The position numbers and the translations under genes were made by a program. Below, piece by piece: positions 1-9,444 of a DNA stretch of 54,140 nucleotides. Numbering within the stretch: the first letter of the stretch is position 1; every line of letters begins with the position of its first letter. The notes beneath the pieces are model-generated. The model searched no databases and was not told the DNA's origin. It saw only the letters and a program-made list of their open reading frames with translations. The DNA is from a virus (lineage: Duplodnaviria; Caudoviricetes), in IMG/VR virus record IMGVR_UViG_3300031954_000008, positions 1 to 54,140 of that record; one strand, written 5' to 3'.

Positions 1-2
1 TG

Positions 3-2801
3 CTGCCGCAGCTAGGTGCCACCCTTCCGCCAACTCCAGGCGCGCCACCGACGCCCAAGAAGGTAGCAGCGACCACGCCGAGCGGTGTAAAGGTCGTGAG
101 TAAGTTCCTTCAGCCGGGGCAGCTGGAGTGGACGGGCAAGACGCTGGGCGGTGTAAGCGGCGCACGAGTTTACAAGGACCACAACGGAGTTGAGTGGATC
201 GTCAAAGTGCCTGGCGGGTGGAAGGGTACGAGCCACGCCTACAGCAACTCAAAGTTCTTGAGCGACTTGGACGTTGCGACCAGCCGGATACAGAACAAGG
301 CTGGGCTGCCGGTGCCGGCGATGCACAAGGTGATGATCGAAGGTCGTGAGGCGAGCGTACAGAAGATGTACAGCCGCGTACAAGACCCATTCAAGAATCA
401 CGACGTCACCCAGACACCGCTCACCGACAAGGAAACCCTTGAGCTACAACAGAATATGGTGCTCGACTGGCTGCTGTCGAACCACGACGCACACAGCGGT
501 AACTTCCTCAAGACCGACAAGGGCATCATTGGCATCGACAAGGGCCAGAGCTTCAAATACTTTGGCAAGGACAAACTTACGCCAAACTTCGGCCAAGACC
601 TGAACCCGCCGCTCGCGCCGAACAAGCCTGTGTACTCTAAGATGATGTCCGCGTTCGTAAATGGCGACATGAGTATGCAGCCGTTCAACTCGCCAGAACT
701 GGGCAAGACCATATCGCGCATCTCGGCGATACCTGACGACGAGTACAAGGACATGCTGCGGCCGTACGCGGAGCAGGCGGCAAAAGCCGGATTACTCATG
801 AAGTCTGGCAGTCAGCCCAACAACGTGGATGCGTTCCTACAGGCGGCTGTGGACCGAAAGAACAACCTACAGACTGACTTTGATAAGCTGTACGATCAGC
901 TGCTCAAGGACAAAGCAGCCAAGGAGCAGGCCTCAGGCAAGATCAGCCACCTCACAGAGCCGTCAGCGGCGAAGGTTGGCCCGGAAGAATTTGCCGCCAA
1001 CCAAGCAGCAACAGCCGCAAAGACTTTGGAAGGCCAGCCACCTGATTACGTAGCTAACCAATACGGCAAAGGCCTGATCACTTTCGATGAGCTGAAGAAC
1101 TACGTTGAGAATAGCCAAGACGTGAATGTGACTCACATCACGAAGTGGCAGGCGCTTGGTACGATTAGCGCAGAGAACGCTAAAGAACTGAAGGTTGCGA
1201 AGGTTCAAGCAGACCAAGCGATTATCTCTGGAATCCAAAAGCTAGCTCCCGGTTACGAAGTCGTGCCTCATCCAACGGACACAGGCACCTTCGCCATCAA
1301 GAAGCCGGGTGGAGCGTTTAGCCAAAGCTCAAGCGGCGTAACGAAATCCTGGCCAACCAAAGAGGATGCGCTCAACTCATCCACGATGGCGAAGTACAAG
1401 AACCAAGCGGAACAGGCAGCGCAGTATGAGAAGGCTGGCGCTAAGAACTTCGCCAATGCCGCACCAAATTACACCATAGACCAAATCGGTAGCTACCCAC
1501 AGGAAGATTTAGACAAGTACAACGAGCTCAAGGCAAAGATCAGCGCCGGCACCGACACTGGCGACGAGTACGCGCAGTTCAAATCGCTCAAGTCCAAGTT
1601 CGACAACGCTTCCAAAGCAGCAGGAGCGGCCCAGGTGGAGCATGGATTTGAGAATGAGGCTGGCGGGTTTACCCCACCGGCGAAGCCACCCGCGCCAGCC
1701 ATCAGTAGCAAGAAGCTAGGCGGCATGAACTGGAAGGCAAAGGGTGGAGCGCCGCCAAGCTGGGACAAGATAAAGGGCCCAGACGCAAAGGAATTGGGCG
1801 CAGAGCTATGGAAGCGTAAGCAAGCCGGTGAGTTTGCGAACGTGTATGAGATGTATAAGGCTGCCGCCAAACTCAGTGCGGCACAGAAGAAGAAGGCTGA
1901 GCAGGACAACCCAGGCGCATCGTTAGAAGCAGGCGTTCATTACGCCTCAGCCAACCAGTTGCGAAATGCCGCGCTACGTACGGAGTTTGACGAGACTGGC
2001 AACGTGATCTGGGAGACTGCTGAAGAGAAGACATCGCACGAAGTCGGCCAGACCGTCGCGGAGATTAAGCACACGATCAGCCTCCACGACCATGTGCCGG
2101 TAGTCGAAGCATCACCAGGGCAGAATACTGCGACGCACGCAAAAGAGTTTGGTAACAAGGCATTTGATCCCAGCGCGCCAGTCGGATCGTACACCAATCC
2201 ACACGCCTTCAAGACAGGCGACAAGGCGAACCTGGAGAAGTACGGCTACAAGTACACCGATCACAAGAGTTGGCCGCAGGACCAGAAGTCAGCTTGGTAC
2301 AACTTCAGCGGTTCCGGCTCTGGAACGCTCAACACGTTCTTCCGTACAGGTAAGGTTGGCTCTTTTGGTGATCCGATAGCGACCAAGAAGCGTGCGAAAG
2401 CTCTTGTAGACGCATTTAATTCACCAAATGTGAAGCCGTTAGACGACTGGACCATGGTGGTACGCGGTACATCTGGCGGTTGGGAGTTTGGAATCGGCAG
2501 TGACTCAGTCACTTTCGATGAAATCAAGGCTATGGAAGGCAAGGTTGTCCGCAATAAGTGCCCTGTGAGCAGTTCGTTGCGCGATAGGCCGCCATGGGGC
2601 AACATTCGCATCACGTACAAGCTACCTCCTGGCTTCCGTGGGCTCAATATCCTTGGGAAATCAGCACATAGCGGTGAGAACGAAGTCATATTGCCGCCTG
2701 GGATGGCATACCGCATTCTTGAGGTGAAGAAGGGCACTAGCTATAGCTCTGAAGTGCTAGTGGAAGTTGTTGACGTGAAACTACCGGATATTGAGGTGTG
2801 A
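3..2801 (+). CDS. Large fusion protein: N-terminal HipA/PI3-PI4-kinase-like domain plus C-terminal VIP2-like ADP-ribosyltransferase (5'-truncated by the window edge)
   Basis: The frame is open from position 3, upstream of the listed GTG at 96. Kinase motifs: GGVSGA...WIVK, DWLLSNHDAHSGN, IDKG. ART R-S-E triad: VVRG, VSSS, ENEVILPPG. Confidence 0.8.
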   Translation: MPQLGATLPPTPGAPPTPKKVAATTPSGVKVVSKFLQPGQLEWTGKTLGGVSGARVYKDHNGVEWIVKVPGGWKGTSHAYSNSKFLSDLDVATSRIQNKAGLPVPAMHKVMIEGREASVQKMYSRVQDPFKNHDVTQTPLTDKETLELQQNMVLDWLLSNHDAHSGNFLKTDKGIIGIDKGQSFKYFGKDKLTPNFGQDLNPPLAPNKPVYSKMMSAFVNGDMSMQPFNSPELGKTISRISAIPDDEYKDMLRPYAEQAAKAGLLMKSGSQPNNVDAFLQAAVDRKNNLQTDFDKLYDQLLKDKAAKEQASGKISHLTEPSAAKVGPEEFAANQAATAAKTLEGQPPDYVANQYGKGLITFDELKNYVENSQDVNVTHITKWQALGTISAENAKELKVAKVQADQAIISGIQKLAPGYEVVPHPTDTGTFAIKKPGGAFSQSSSGVTKSWPTKEDALNSSTMAKYKNQAEQAAQYEKAGAKNFANAAPNYTIDQIGSYPQEDLDKYNELKAKISAGTDTGDEYAQFKSLKSKFDNASKAAGAAQVEHGFENEAGGFTPPAKPPAPAISSKKLGGMNWKAKGGAPPSWDKIKGPDAKELGAELWKRKQAGEFANVYEMYKAAAKLSAAQKKKAEQDNPGASLEAGVHYASANQLRNAALRTEFDETGNVIWETAEEKTSHEVGQTVAEIKHTISLHDHVPVVEASPGQNTATHAKEFGNKAFDPSAPVGSYTNPHAFKTGDKANLEKYGYKYTDHKSWPQDQKSAWYNFSGSGSGTLNTFFRTGKVGSFGDPIATKKRAKALVDAFNSPNVKPLDDWTMVVRGTSGGWEFGIGSDSVTFDEIKAMEGKVVRNKCPVSSSLRDRPPWGNIRITYKLPPGFRGLNILGKSAHSGENEVILPPGMAYRILEVKKGTSYSSEVLVEVVDVKLPDIEV

Positions 2802-3196
2802 TGACGACATTTCAACCTATTACACCGAATTGGCTGACCGCAGCTTGGGATCAGTTCAGCGAAAGCGACCCAGAACTGGAGCAGGCATACGATTGGCCCG
2901 ACTTCCCAAGCGACAGAACAGGCGAAGGCAACTGGATTGACCTGTATTTGACTGAGACAGATGACTTTCCGATTGGCCGGTTGTGGATTAACCCTGATAC
3001 ACAGAACATTGGGCTCATACCGCTGCCAGATGGCAACATCAGCTACCAGACGAAGATAGCCTTGGAGCTACGCGAGTACAAGCACCATCGCACAGACCCG
3101 CTGACTGCGTATGATCAGATCAAATCGGAATACTTTGGGACACAAGAAGAAACAGGCAACTTGAAGAGCGCAGGAGTGCCCGGTGAGTCTTTCTAA
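2798..3196 (+). CDS. Small acidic hypothetical protein, possible immunity protein for the upstream toxin
   Basis: 132 aa. Start overlaps the upstream stop (GTGA/TGATG). Function inferred from position only. Confidence 0.6.
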   Translation: MMTTFQPITPNWLTAAWDQFSESDPELEQAYDWPDFPSDRTGEGNWIDLYLTETDDFPIGRLWINPDTQNIGLIPLPDGNISYQTKIALELREYKHHRTDPLTAYDQIKSEYFGTQEETGNLKSAGVPGESF

Positions 3197-4850
3197 TGGG
3201 CCGCTGGTCATGGACCACTGGCACATTTACCGCAACCCTCGTGTTGCGTGGGACCCGCATGATGGGCAATGCCAGGTTCTGGAGAGTAAAGCGAGACACC
3301 GCGTTTGGTGCGCAGGACGCCGTACAGGAAAGTCGGAGCTAGGCGGGCACGTCCTGCTGCCCGAAGCGTTCGCAACACGTACGGTCAGCAATGACTGGCT
3401 CAAAAAGGGTAAGCGGCGTGAGTTTTGGATCGTTGGCGACGAATACGTCACTGCAGACAAGGAGTTCCGTGTTATTTGGCATCTCGCTAAGTATCTCCAG
3501 ATTCCGTTCGACAAGGGTAGCCATCATTCCATTGATGGTAAGGATCAAAGCGTGCTTAGCCTCTGGAATGGTGCGTTCCTCATACTCACTCAAAGTGCCA
3601 AGTACCCAGATAATCTCGTCGGTGAGGCACTCTGCGGAGTGCTGATGGTGGAGGCCGCGAAAGCGAAGCCAAGCATCTGGATGAAATACATCCGGCCCAT
3701 GCTCAACGACTACAAGGGCTGGAGCTTACACACATCGACACCAGAAGGGAAGAACCATTTCCACGACAAGTACGAATTTGGCCAGGACCCATACAATTTG
3801 GATTGGGCAAGCTGGCGGATGCCGGCGTGGCGTAACCCGTATGTGTATCCAGAGACAACGAGAGATGACCACGTTAAGTTCTTGCTAGATCAGCTGGAAG
3901 ATCACCCCGGCAGAAGCGCAGCCAGCATCGCGGTTGCTAACGACTTGCTCATAGATTCTGAAATCCTTGCTCTTGCAGACGAATTGACCATTCCTCTGTT
4001 CAAGCAAGAGGTCATGGCCGACTTCACCGAGTTTGTAGGACAGGTGTTTAAGGACTATGACGAAGAATACCATGTTGGAACGCTCAGCTACAATCCAGAT
4101 TGGCTCACTTTTGGTGCAACTGACTACGGCTTTACCAATCCTAACGTTTGGTTGCTTATCCAAGTTGGTCCGTGGGGCGAGATCAACGTGCTTGCTGAAG
4201 TATATCAGCCAAACCTTACAGCCGAACAGTTCGCAGATGAAATCATCAAGCGCCGCACCAGAGATGGTGTCCCTCTCAACCCGCCCGACCTCAGGACTTT
4301 CTATCCTGATCCTGCAGACCCGATGTCCAGTCGAACACTCTCCGACCGTTTGAAAGTCAGTGCGGCTGGCGGGACTGGTGGTGAACTCAACATTCGCATC
4401 AACTTGATTCGCCAAGCGTTGCGTGCTGGCCGAATCGACTACGGTGCAACACCTTTGACTGAGGGCAACTATGACAAGTGGCGCCCGCGACTGATGATAG
4501 ACCGCAGCTGTACGAGCTTGCGCAATGACATGCTTGCCTATCGGTATCCAGAGCGCAAAGAGGATGCTGAGACCAGTCGTGATCGCTTTGAGTTACCGCT
4601 GAAGAAGGATGACCATGGACCGGAAGCGTTGGGACGCTTTATGGTTGGCTATTACGGGCCAAATTCTCTTACCGCTAGCGCTGGTACACGGATACGAAAG
4701 GCTAACCTGGGACGTCATGCTAGCAACAAGCGACGAGACAGGGTTGCAAAGCCAAAGCCATTGAGCGCCATGAGACCTACTGCGAGTGGTTATCCGACTT
4801 GGCGAGAGGGCGGTACGATAACCGACAAGGAGTTTAGAGATGCCGATTGA
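3183..4850 (+). CDS. terL: Terminase large subunit
   Basis: Walker A AGRRTGKS, Walker B-like VLMVEA, STPEG coupling motif, nuclease DYG...DDH motifs; lies just before the portal. Confidence 0.93.
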   Translation: MSLSNGPLVMDHWHIYRNPRVAWDPHDGQCQVLESKARHRVWCAGRRTGKSELGGHVLLPEAFATRTVSNDWLKKGKRREFWIVGDEYVTADKEFRVIWHLAKYLQIPFDKGSHHSIDGKDQSVLSLWNGAFLILTQSAKYPDNLVGEALCGVLMVEAAKAKPSIWMKYIRPMLNDYKGWSLHTSTPEGKNHFHDKYEFGQDPYNLDWASWRMPAWRNPYVYPETTRDDHVKFLLDQLEDHPGRSAASIAVANDLLIDSEILALADELTIPLFKQEVMADFTEFVGQVFKDYDEEYHVGTLSYNPDWLTFGATDYGFTNPNVWLLIQVGPWGEINVLAEVYQPNLTAEQFADEIIKRRTRDGVPLNPPDLRTFYPDPADPMSSRTLSDRLKVSAAGGTGGELNIRINLIRQALRAGRIDYGATPLTEGNYDKWRPRLMIDRSCTSLRNDMLAYRYPERKEDAETSRDRFELPLKKDDHGPEALGRFMVGYYGPNSLTASAGTRIRKANLGRHASNKRRDRVAKPKPLSAMRPTASGYPTWREGGTITDKEFRDAD

Positions 4851-6450
4851 TTCCAGACAGTACGACTCAGTCATCAGCCAAATCCGCGATGACACCGGGT
4901 TCAGCAGACTCGTCGGCAACCTCAGCAACATAGACGACCGCATACGCATCAAAGCGTATGAAATGTTTGAAGACTTCTACTACAACCGGCCAGAACACAT
5001 CAAAGTTGTTCTGCGAGGCGAAGATGACGACTGCATCGAGATTTACATGCCGTCGGCCAAGAAGTGTATCGAAGCTGTAAACCGTTTCCTTGCAGTTGAA
5101 TTCGATTATCAGATTGATCCAGACGCTGACGAGGCAACGTCGCAGGTTATGGACGATGCGCTCCAATCTCTGTTCAAGCGGCAAGAGGTAGTACAGAAGT
5201 TCAACCAGATGAAGCGGTACATGCTCATCAAAGGTGATGCGCTGCTTCATATTCGGGCAATTCCGTGGGAGAAGGCTGGGCGGCGCTTGAGGGTTGATGA
5301 GCTGCGGCCTGAACACTACTTCCCAATTGAGGATTTTGCTACAGGTGAGTGCATAGGCTGCCACATCGTTGACGTTATCCGTAATCCGCGCAACAGTTCT
5401 CAGACCAAAGCCGCCAGCGACGAGTGGATTGTGCGCCGGCAGACGTATAAGCGCGCTTTTGATGACAGCGGAACACCAACGGGCAGAATAACTTCCGAGC
5501 TTTCGCTGTGGAAGGTTGGGATGTGGGATGATCGTGTGGCCACTCCTGACCTAGATCAAATCTCAGTGGTAACTCCTGAGTTTGAGCTTGACCCGTTGAT
5601 CACAGAGATACCCGTTTACCATTGGGCGAACAGACCGCCACCCGGTAGCACTTTCGGCATGAGCGAATTGGCAGGCGTTGAGTCAATCATCAACGCTATC
5701 AACCAATCTGCCACAGATGAAGACCTTACGCTCATCACGCAAGGCTTGGGCGTGTACTGGACCGACGCATCACCGCCCATAGACGAGAACGGAAATGAGG
5801 TGGAGTGGGAAATTGGACCAGGCGCTGTTGTTCAGGTTGGGGTTGGCGCTAATTTCGGTAGGGTTTCTGGAGTCTCCACGCTTACGCCGTTCCACGAGCA
5901 CATCTCCCTTCTGGACGAAAACATGCAACAGGCTCTCGGCGTGCCTGATGTTGCTATTGGTATGGTCGATGTTGCAGCTGTGGAATCTGGTATAGCGCTG
6001 ACGCTTAAGTTTGGCCCGTTGATCGCGGCTAACACAGAGAAGATGCCGACTATCACCAAAGTCGCAGATGAGTTCCTAGACGACTTGCTGGATTGGCTAC
6101 AGGTCTACGAGGGCATAGCACGCAATGGTGTTGATATACAATCAGTTTTCGGCGATCCTATGCCGAAGAACACCACCCAGATGCTGGCGGATTACCTATC
6201 CATCTGGGTTCAGGCTCCGAGCACACTCCCTGTCGAGTGGCTGTATGACCGACTCAACGAGCTATTTGGTTGGGACCTAAGCGATTCCGACTTCAACCAA
6301 GCTCTGGAAGATGCCAAGAAGATAGCCGAATCAGCTGCTCCACCAAACCCAATAGCTGATCAGATGAACCAGTTTGGCGATCAAGGTGGCCAGGTGCCAC
6401 CAGATGCGTTCCAAAACAATGGGCAGACACTAGATTTCAGCACTATGTGA
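4840..6450 (+). CDS. Portal protein
   Basis: 536 aa directly after terL; FGMSEL and ESGIAL motifs typical of SPP1-like/actinophage portals. Confidence 0.88.
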   Translation: MPIDSRQYDSVISQIRDDTGFSRLVGNLSNIDDRIRIKAYEMFEDFYYNRPEHIKVVLRGEDDDCIEIYMPSAKKCIEAVNRFLAVEFDYQIDPDADEATSQVMDDALQSLFKRQEVVQKFNQMKRYMLIKGDALLHIRAIPWEKAGRRLRVDELRPEHYFPIEDFATGECIGCHIVDVIRNPRNSSQTKAASDEWIVRRQTYKRAFDDSGTPTGRITSELSLWKVGMWDDRVATPDLDQISVVTPEFELDPLITEIPVYHWANRPPPGSTFGMSELAGVESIINAINQSATDEDLTLITQGLGVYWTDASPPIDENGNEVEWEIGPGAVVQVGVGANFGRVSGVSTLTPFHEHISLLDENMQQALGVPDVAIGMVDVAAVESGIALTLKFGPLIAANTEKMPTITKVADEFLDDLLDWLQVYEGIARNGVDIQSVFGDPMPKNTTQMLADYLSIWVQAPSTLPVEWLYDRLNELFGWDLSDSDFNQALEDAKKIAESAAPPNPIADQMNQFGDQGGQVPPDAFQNNGQTLDFSTM

Positions 6451-6461
6451 CAGGAGGTACA

Positions 6462-6647
6462 ATGGCCGCAAAAGGCAAGGCGCGCATGAAGCCTGGTGGC
6501 GGTGGGCGTTTCAAGAAGTTAACCAAAGGCGGCATGAGTCCTGCACTAGCTGCCTACGTTGGGCGCAAGAAGTACGGCGCCAAGAAGATGGCCAAGTTCA
6601 GCGCAACAGGCCGCAAGCGAGCAGCACGGGCCAGGAAGCGAGGATAG
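6462..6647 (+). CDS. Small, very basic (K/R/G/A-rich) protein
   Basis: Strong SD (AGGAGG) before ATG 6462; 61 aa with no acidic residues. Confidence 0.75.
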   Translation: MAAKGKARMKPGGGGRFKKLTKGGMSPALAAYVGRKKYGAKKMAKFSATGRKRAARARKRG

Positions 6648-6648
6648 C

Positions 6649-6918
6649 ATGGGGTTACGTCGTAAGGGCAGCGGTGGTCGCCACTATCCACCGGGTACAA
6701 TCCCTGGCCAGCCAGCTGCCGGCCATCATCCGTTCGCATCAAAAGCTCAGCAGCGCTTGTTCTTTGCGAATCCAAAGCTGCGTCGTTGGGCTATAGGTAA
6801 AGCACACGCTACCGGCGAGCACCACGAGCTTGGGCCTGCTAGCAGCGCTGTGTACCGGGCGTTACCAGACCGTAAGGGCGCCAGTTTCCAAAGGGTGCCG
6901 TTACGTCCCAAGCACTAA
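6649..6918 (+). CDS. Small basic protein
   Basis: ATG 2 nt after the previous stop; contains PFASKAQQR, a motif I recall from small phage head-region proteins. Confidence 0.65.
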   Translation: MGLRRKGSGGRHYPPGTIPGQPAAGHHPFASKAQQRLFFANPKLRRWAIGKAHATGEHHELGPASSAVYRALPDRKGASFQRVPLRPKH

Positions 6919-6927
6919 GGACGCAAG

Positions 6928-7308
6928 ATGGAGCTTCGTCTGAATCATGTTCACCCGCCCACTATTTCAGCACAAGCTCAAACCGCGTTGCGGCACATGG
7001 CAATTGCTGCGTACCCATACGAGACTTGCGGCTTGATCCACGAGCACGGCATTATCGTTGAGCATCCCAACACTTTTGCTGGCGATCACAGGCTTGGGTA
7101 CGACATGGAGTTTGATCTTCACGACCCAACGATCAAGGCAATCTGGCACACGCACCCTGGTGGGCTTGAGGTGCCGTCGCGGGATGATCTGCCGTGTATC
7201 CGGTTGCTCGCTGAACGCGGCTTCAATTTCCATCACATCATCGTCACTCCCAAAGGTGTATACGAGTATGAGGCGAAGTTAGTTGACAGCGCCGTTACCG
7301 CAGCCTGA
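6928..7308 (+). CDS. JAB/MPN (Mov34/M67) metallopeptidase
   Basis: Complete JAMM motif: YPYETCG (catalytic E)...WHTHP...PSRDD (H-x-H-x7-S-x2-D). Confidence 0.88.
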   Translation: MELRLNHVHPPTISAQAQTALRHMAIAAYPYETCGLIHEHGIIVEHPNTFAGDHRLGYDMEFDLHDPTIKAIWHTHPGGLEVPSRDDLPCIRLLAERGFNFHHIIVTPKGVYEYEAKLVDSAVTAA

Positions 7309-8191
7309 TGATAGCGGAGCATCCATCTGGTTGCTCAAATACCTGACGGTACAACAACTTTACGACAAGAAGATCGTAAAGGTACTGCAGCAGGCCCAAT
7401 TTGACGCAGGACAGGAGGCCGATAAGTGGCAAAGGACCAACATTGGTGACAGGACCAAGCGATACCAATTCAACCTGGTTAAAGACCAAATCCGCACGAT
7501 CATACAATCAATGTTCAAAGACCTTGTCCCAATCATCGACCAGGGGCAGCAAGACGCAGCCGAAGCAGCTGCGAAGGCTGCTCTGGCTCAGGATGCGAAG
7601 GTGCTAGATGCGCTGTTCCCAGCCGCGAAGGATCGAAAGGCGTGGGAAGCCAGCTTCATTCAATCAGCACAGCACGGCATCCAGGCGATGATTACCCGGC
7701 TTACCAAGTCGAAGATAACCCTCAGCCAGCAGGTGTACCGTACCGGCTCCATGGAGGCTGGGCGGGTTGACCGGAAGATCAACAGCGCTCTCGCACGTGG
7801 TGCTAGCGCCAAGGAATTGGCCAAGCTGGTGCGAAATGATATCAACCCCAACGTAGCTGGGGGAGTCAGCTATGCAGCCATGAGGCTGGGTCGTAGCGAG
7901 ATTAACAACGCTTTCCATGCAATGTCTATCGGCCAAGCTCAGGAGGATCCATGGGTTGAGGAAATGGAATGGCACCTTAGCAAGGTACACAAGCCTGATC
8001 CAGGTGACCTCTGTGAAACATACGCTGAGCAAAAGTATTTCCCGAAAGACGCTGTGCCGTCGAAGCCGCATCCACAATGTATGTGTTACCTGACACGCAA
8101 AGAGATGGCATGGGGTGACTTTACAGATGCACTTGAGTCCGGCCAGTTCGATGACTACTTTGAAAAGAAGTACGGTATGCCCGCCGCATAA
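7283..8191 (+). CDS. MuF-like (SPP1 gp7-like) minor head protein
   Basis: AMRLGRSE...W...C...PxxPHPQCMC motif; lies between portal and scaffold. Confidence 0.8.
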   Translation: MTAPLPQPDDSGASIWLLKYLTVQQLYDKKIVKVLQQAQFDAGQEADKWQRTNIGDRTKRYQFNLVKDQIRTIIQSMFKDLVPIIDQGQQDAAEAAAKAALAQDAKVLDALFPAAKDRKAWEASFIQSAQHGIQAMITRLTKSKITLSQQVYRTGSMEAGRVDRKINSALARGASAKELAKLVRNDINPNVAGGVSYAAMRLGRSEINNAFHAMSIGQAQEDPWVEEMEWHLSKVHKPDPGDLCETYAEQKYFPKDAVPSKPHPQCMCYLTRKEMAWGDFTDALESGQFDDYFEKKYGMPAA

Positions 8192-8258
8192 CTTCAGCGA
8201 AGCTATCCCGCTGCGAGGTACGCTCCACTTGATCTGTCTAATCCGTAAGGAGACCAAG

Positions 8259-8960
8259 ATGTCCCAGAGCCCAGTTGAGGCCGAATACTTCGTGATCTGG
8301 GGTGGTGAAGGCGAACGTGACGGAGAAAACCAAGGCGGCCAAAACCAGGGAGAATCTGGTGATACTGGCAAACCTCCTGAAGGAGATGGTAATTCAGGGG
8401 ATGGCGACGATGATGGTGCGAAGCGTCTCAAAGAGCTTGAAGACAAACTCGACTCCGAGAAGAAGCAACGCATTGCAGAGAAGAAGCGCGCTGATAAAGC
8501 GGAACAGAGCCTGCTGACCAAAAACCAAGAGGGACAAGAGGAAGCAGAGCGCACCGCAACCGAGCGCGATGACTACAAGGCCAAGTACGAGAAATTGCTT
8601 GAGTTCGTTGAGACTTCGTACATCGACACGGCCATCATGAAGAACAAGAAGTACGACTGGCACGACGTGGAAGCGGTTCGCAGCTTCCTGAACAAGGACA
8701 ACATTCGGCTCGACATGGACACGGGTGAGATCGAAGGCCTGGACCTGGAGTTGAAGCGCATCGCCAGTGAAAAGAAGTACCTGTTGGTGCCGCACGAATC
8801 TGAAGGCGGCGCACCACCTTCCGCGCCTCCAGGGACTCCACCGTCAGGCAGTCATCCCGTTGGCGGATCAACACGTCAGCGCGAAACGGATCGTCAAAAG
8901 CTAGGCGCCAAGTACAAGTTGCCCGGTTTTGGTCCAGGCGCTCTCGCTAGTCAGCGGTAA
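8259..8960 (+). CDS. Capsid scaffolding protein
   Basis: SD AAGGAG before ATG 8259; acidic Gly-rich N-terminus, coiled coil and Pro-rich C-terminus; upstream of the capsid genes. Confidence 0.8.
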   Translation: MSQSPVEAEYFVIWGGEGERDGENQGGQNQGESGDTGKPPEGDGNSGDGDDDGAKRLKELEDKLDSEKKQRIAEKKRADKAEQSLLTKNQEGQEEAERTATERDDYKAKYEKLLEFVETSYIDTAIMKNKKYDWHDVEAVRSFLNKDNIRLDMDTGEIEGLDLELKRIASEKKYLLVPHESEGGAPPSAPPGTPPSGSHPVGGSTRQRETDRQKLGAKYKLPGFGPGALASQR

Positions 8961-8983
8961 TCCCAGAAAGGAAAACAGCAAAG

Positions 8984-9400
8984 ATGGCTCGTTACGATAA
9001 GTTTGACCCAATCGCTAACGGTTTCCGTGCCCACGTCGCAGCCGATTATTTGGATGCTGACCTGGGCAAAATTTTTGGCGTTGGCCTCGACACCACGGGC
9101 AAAGTGGTCAAAGGTGGCGGTAACTCTGGGGTTGTCGGCGTACTCGTCGTAACGTCCAAGCCAGGCGTTGTCGGCCCGCAGAAGCAGATTTCATCTGTGG
9201 ATGTCATGCAGCAGGGCTGCGTTACCGACTTCGGCCCTTCTAGTGCCGGCTTGGTTCCGGGTACTGACTTCGGCGTGGCAGGAACTAAGTATTACGCCGA
9301 TCCAGCCACCGGCATCGTCTCAACGACTGCCGCTGGTGGTGTATACGTTGGGACTACGGTTGAACCCGACCGTCTTCAAGTGAACGTCAACACAACCTAA
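8984..9400 (+). CDS. Capsid decoration/cement protein (putative)
   Basis: 138 aa, Gly/Val-rich and beta-like; between scaffold and major capsid; good SD. Confidence 0.65.
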   Translation: MARYDKFDPIANGFRAHVAADYLDADLGKIFGVGLDTTGKVVKGGGNSGVVGVLVVTSKPGVVGPQKQISSVDVMQQGCVTDFGPSSAGLVPGTDFGVAGTKYYADPATGIVSTTAAGGVYVGTTVEPDRLQVNVNTT

Positions 9401-9444
9401 TCGCCTCAAAGCCAATGAGCTTCGCGCAAATTGAAAGGATGACC

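Noticed and set aside
3640-3660. Terminase Walker B reads VLMVEA rather than hhhhDE
   Set aside because: The catalytic Glu and all other motifs are intact; treated as a natural variant, not inactivation.
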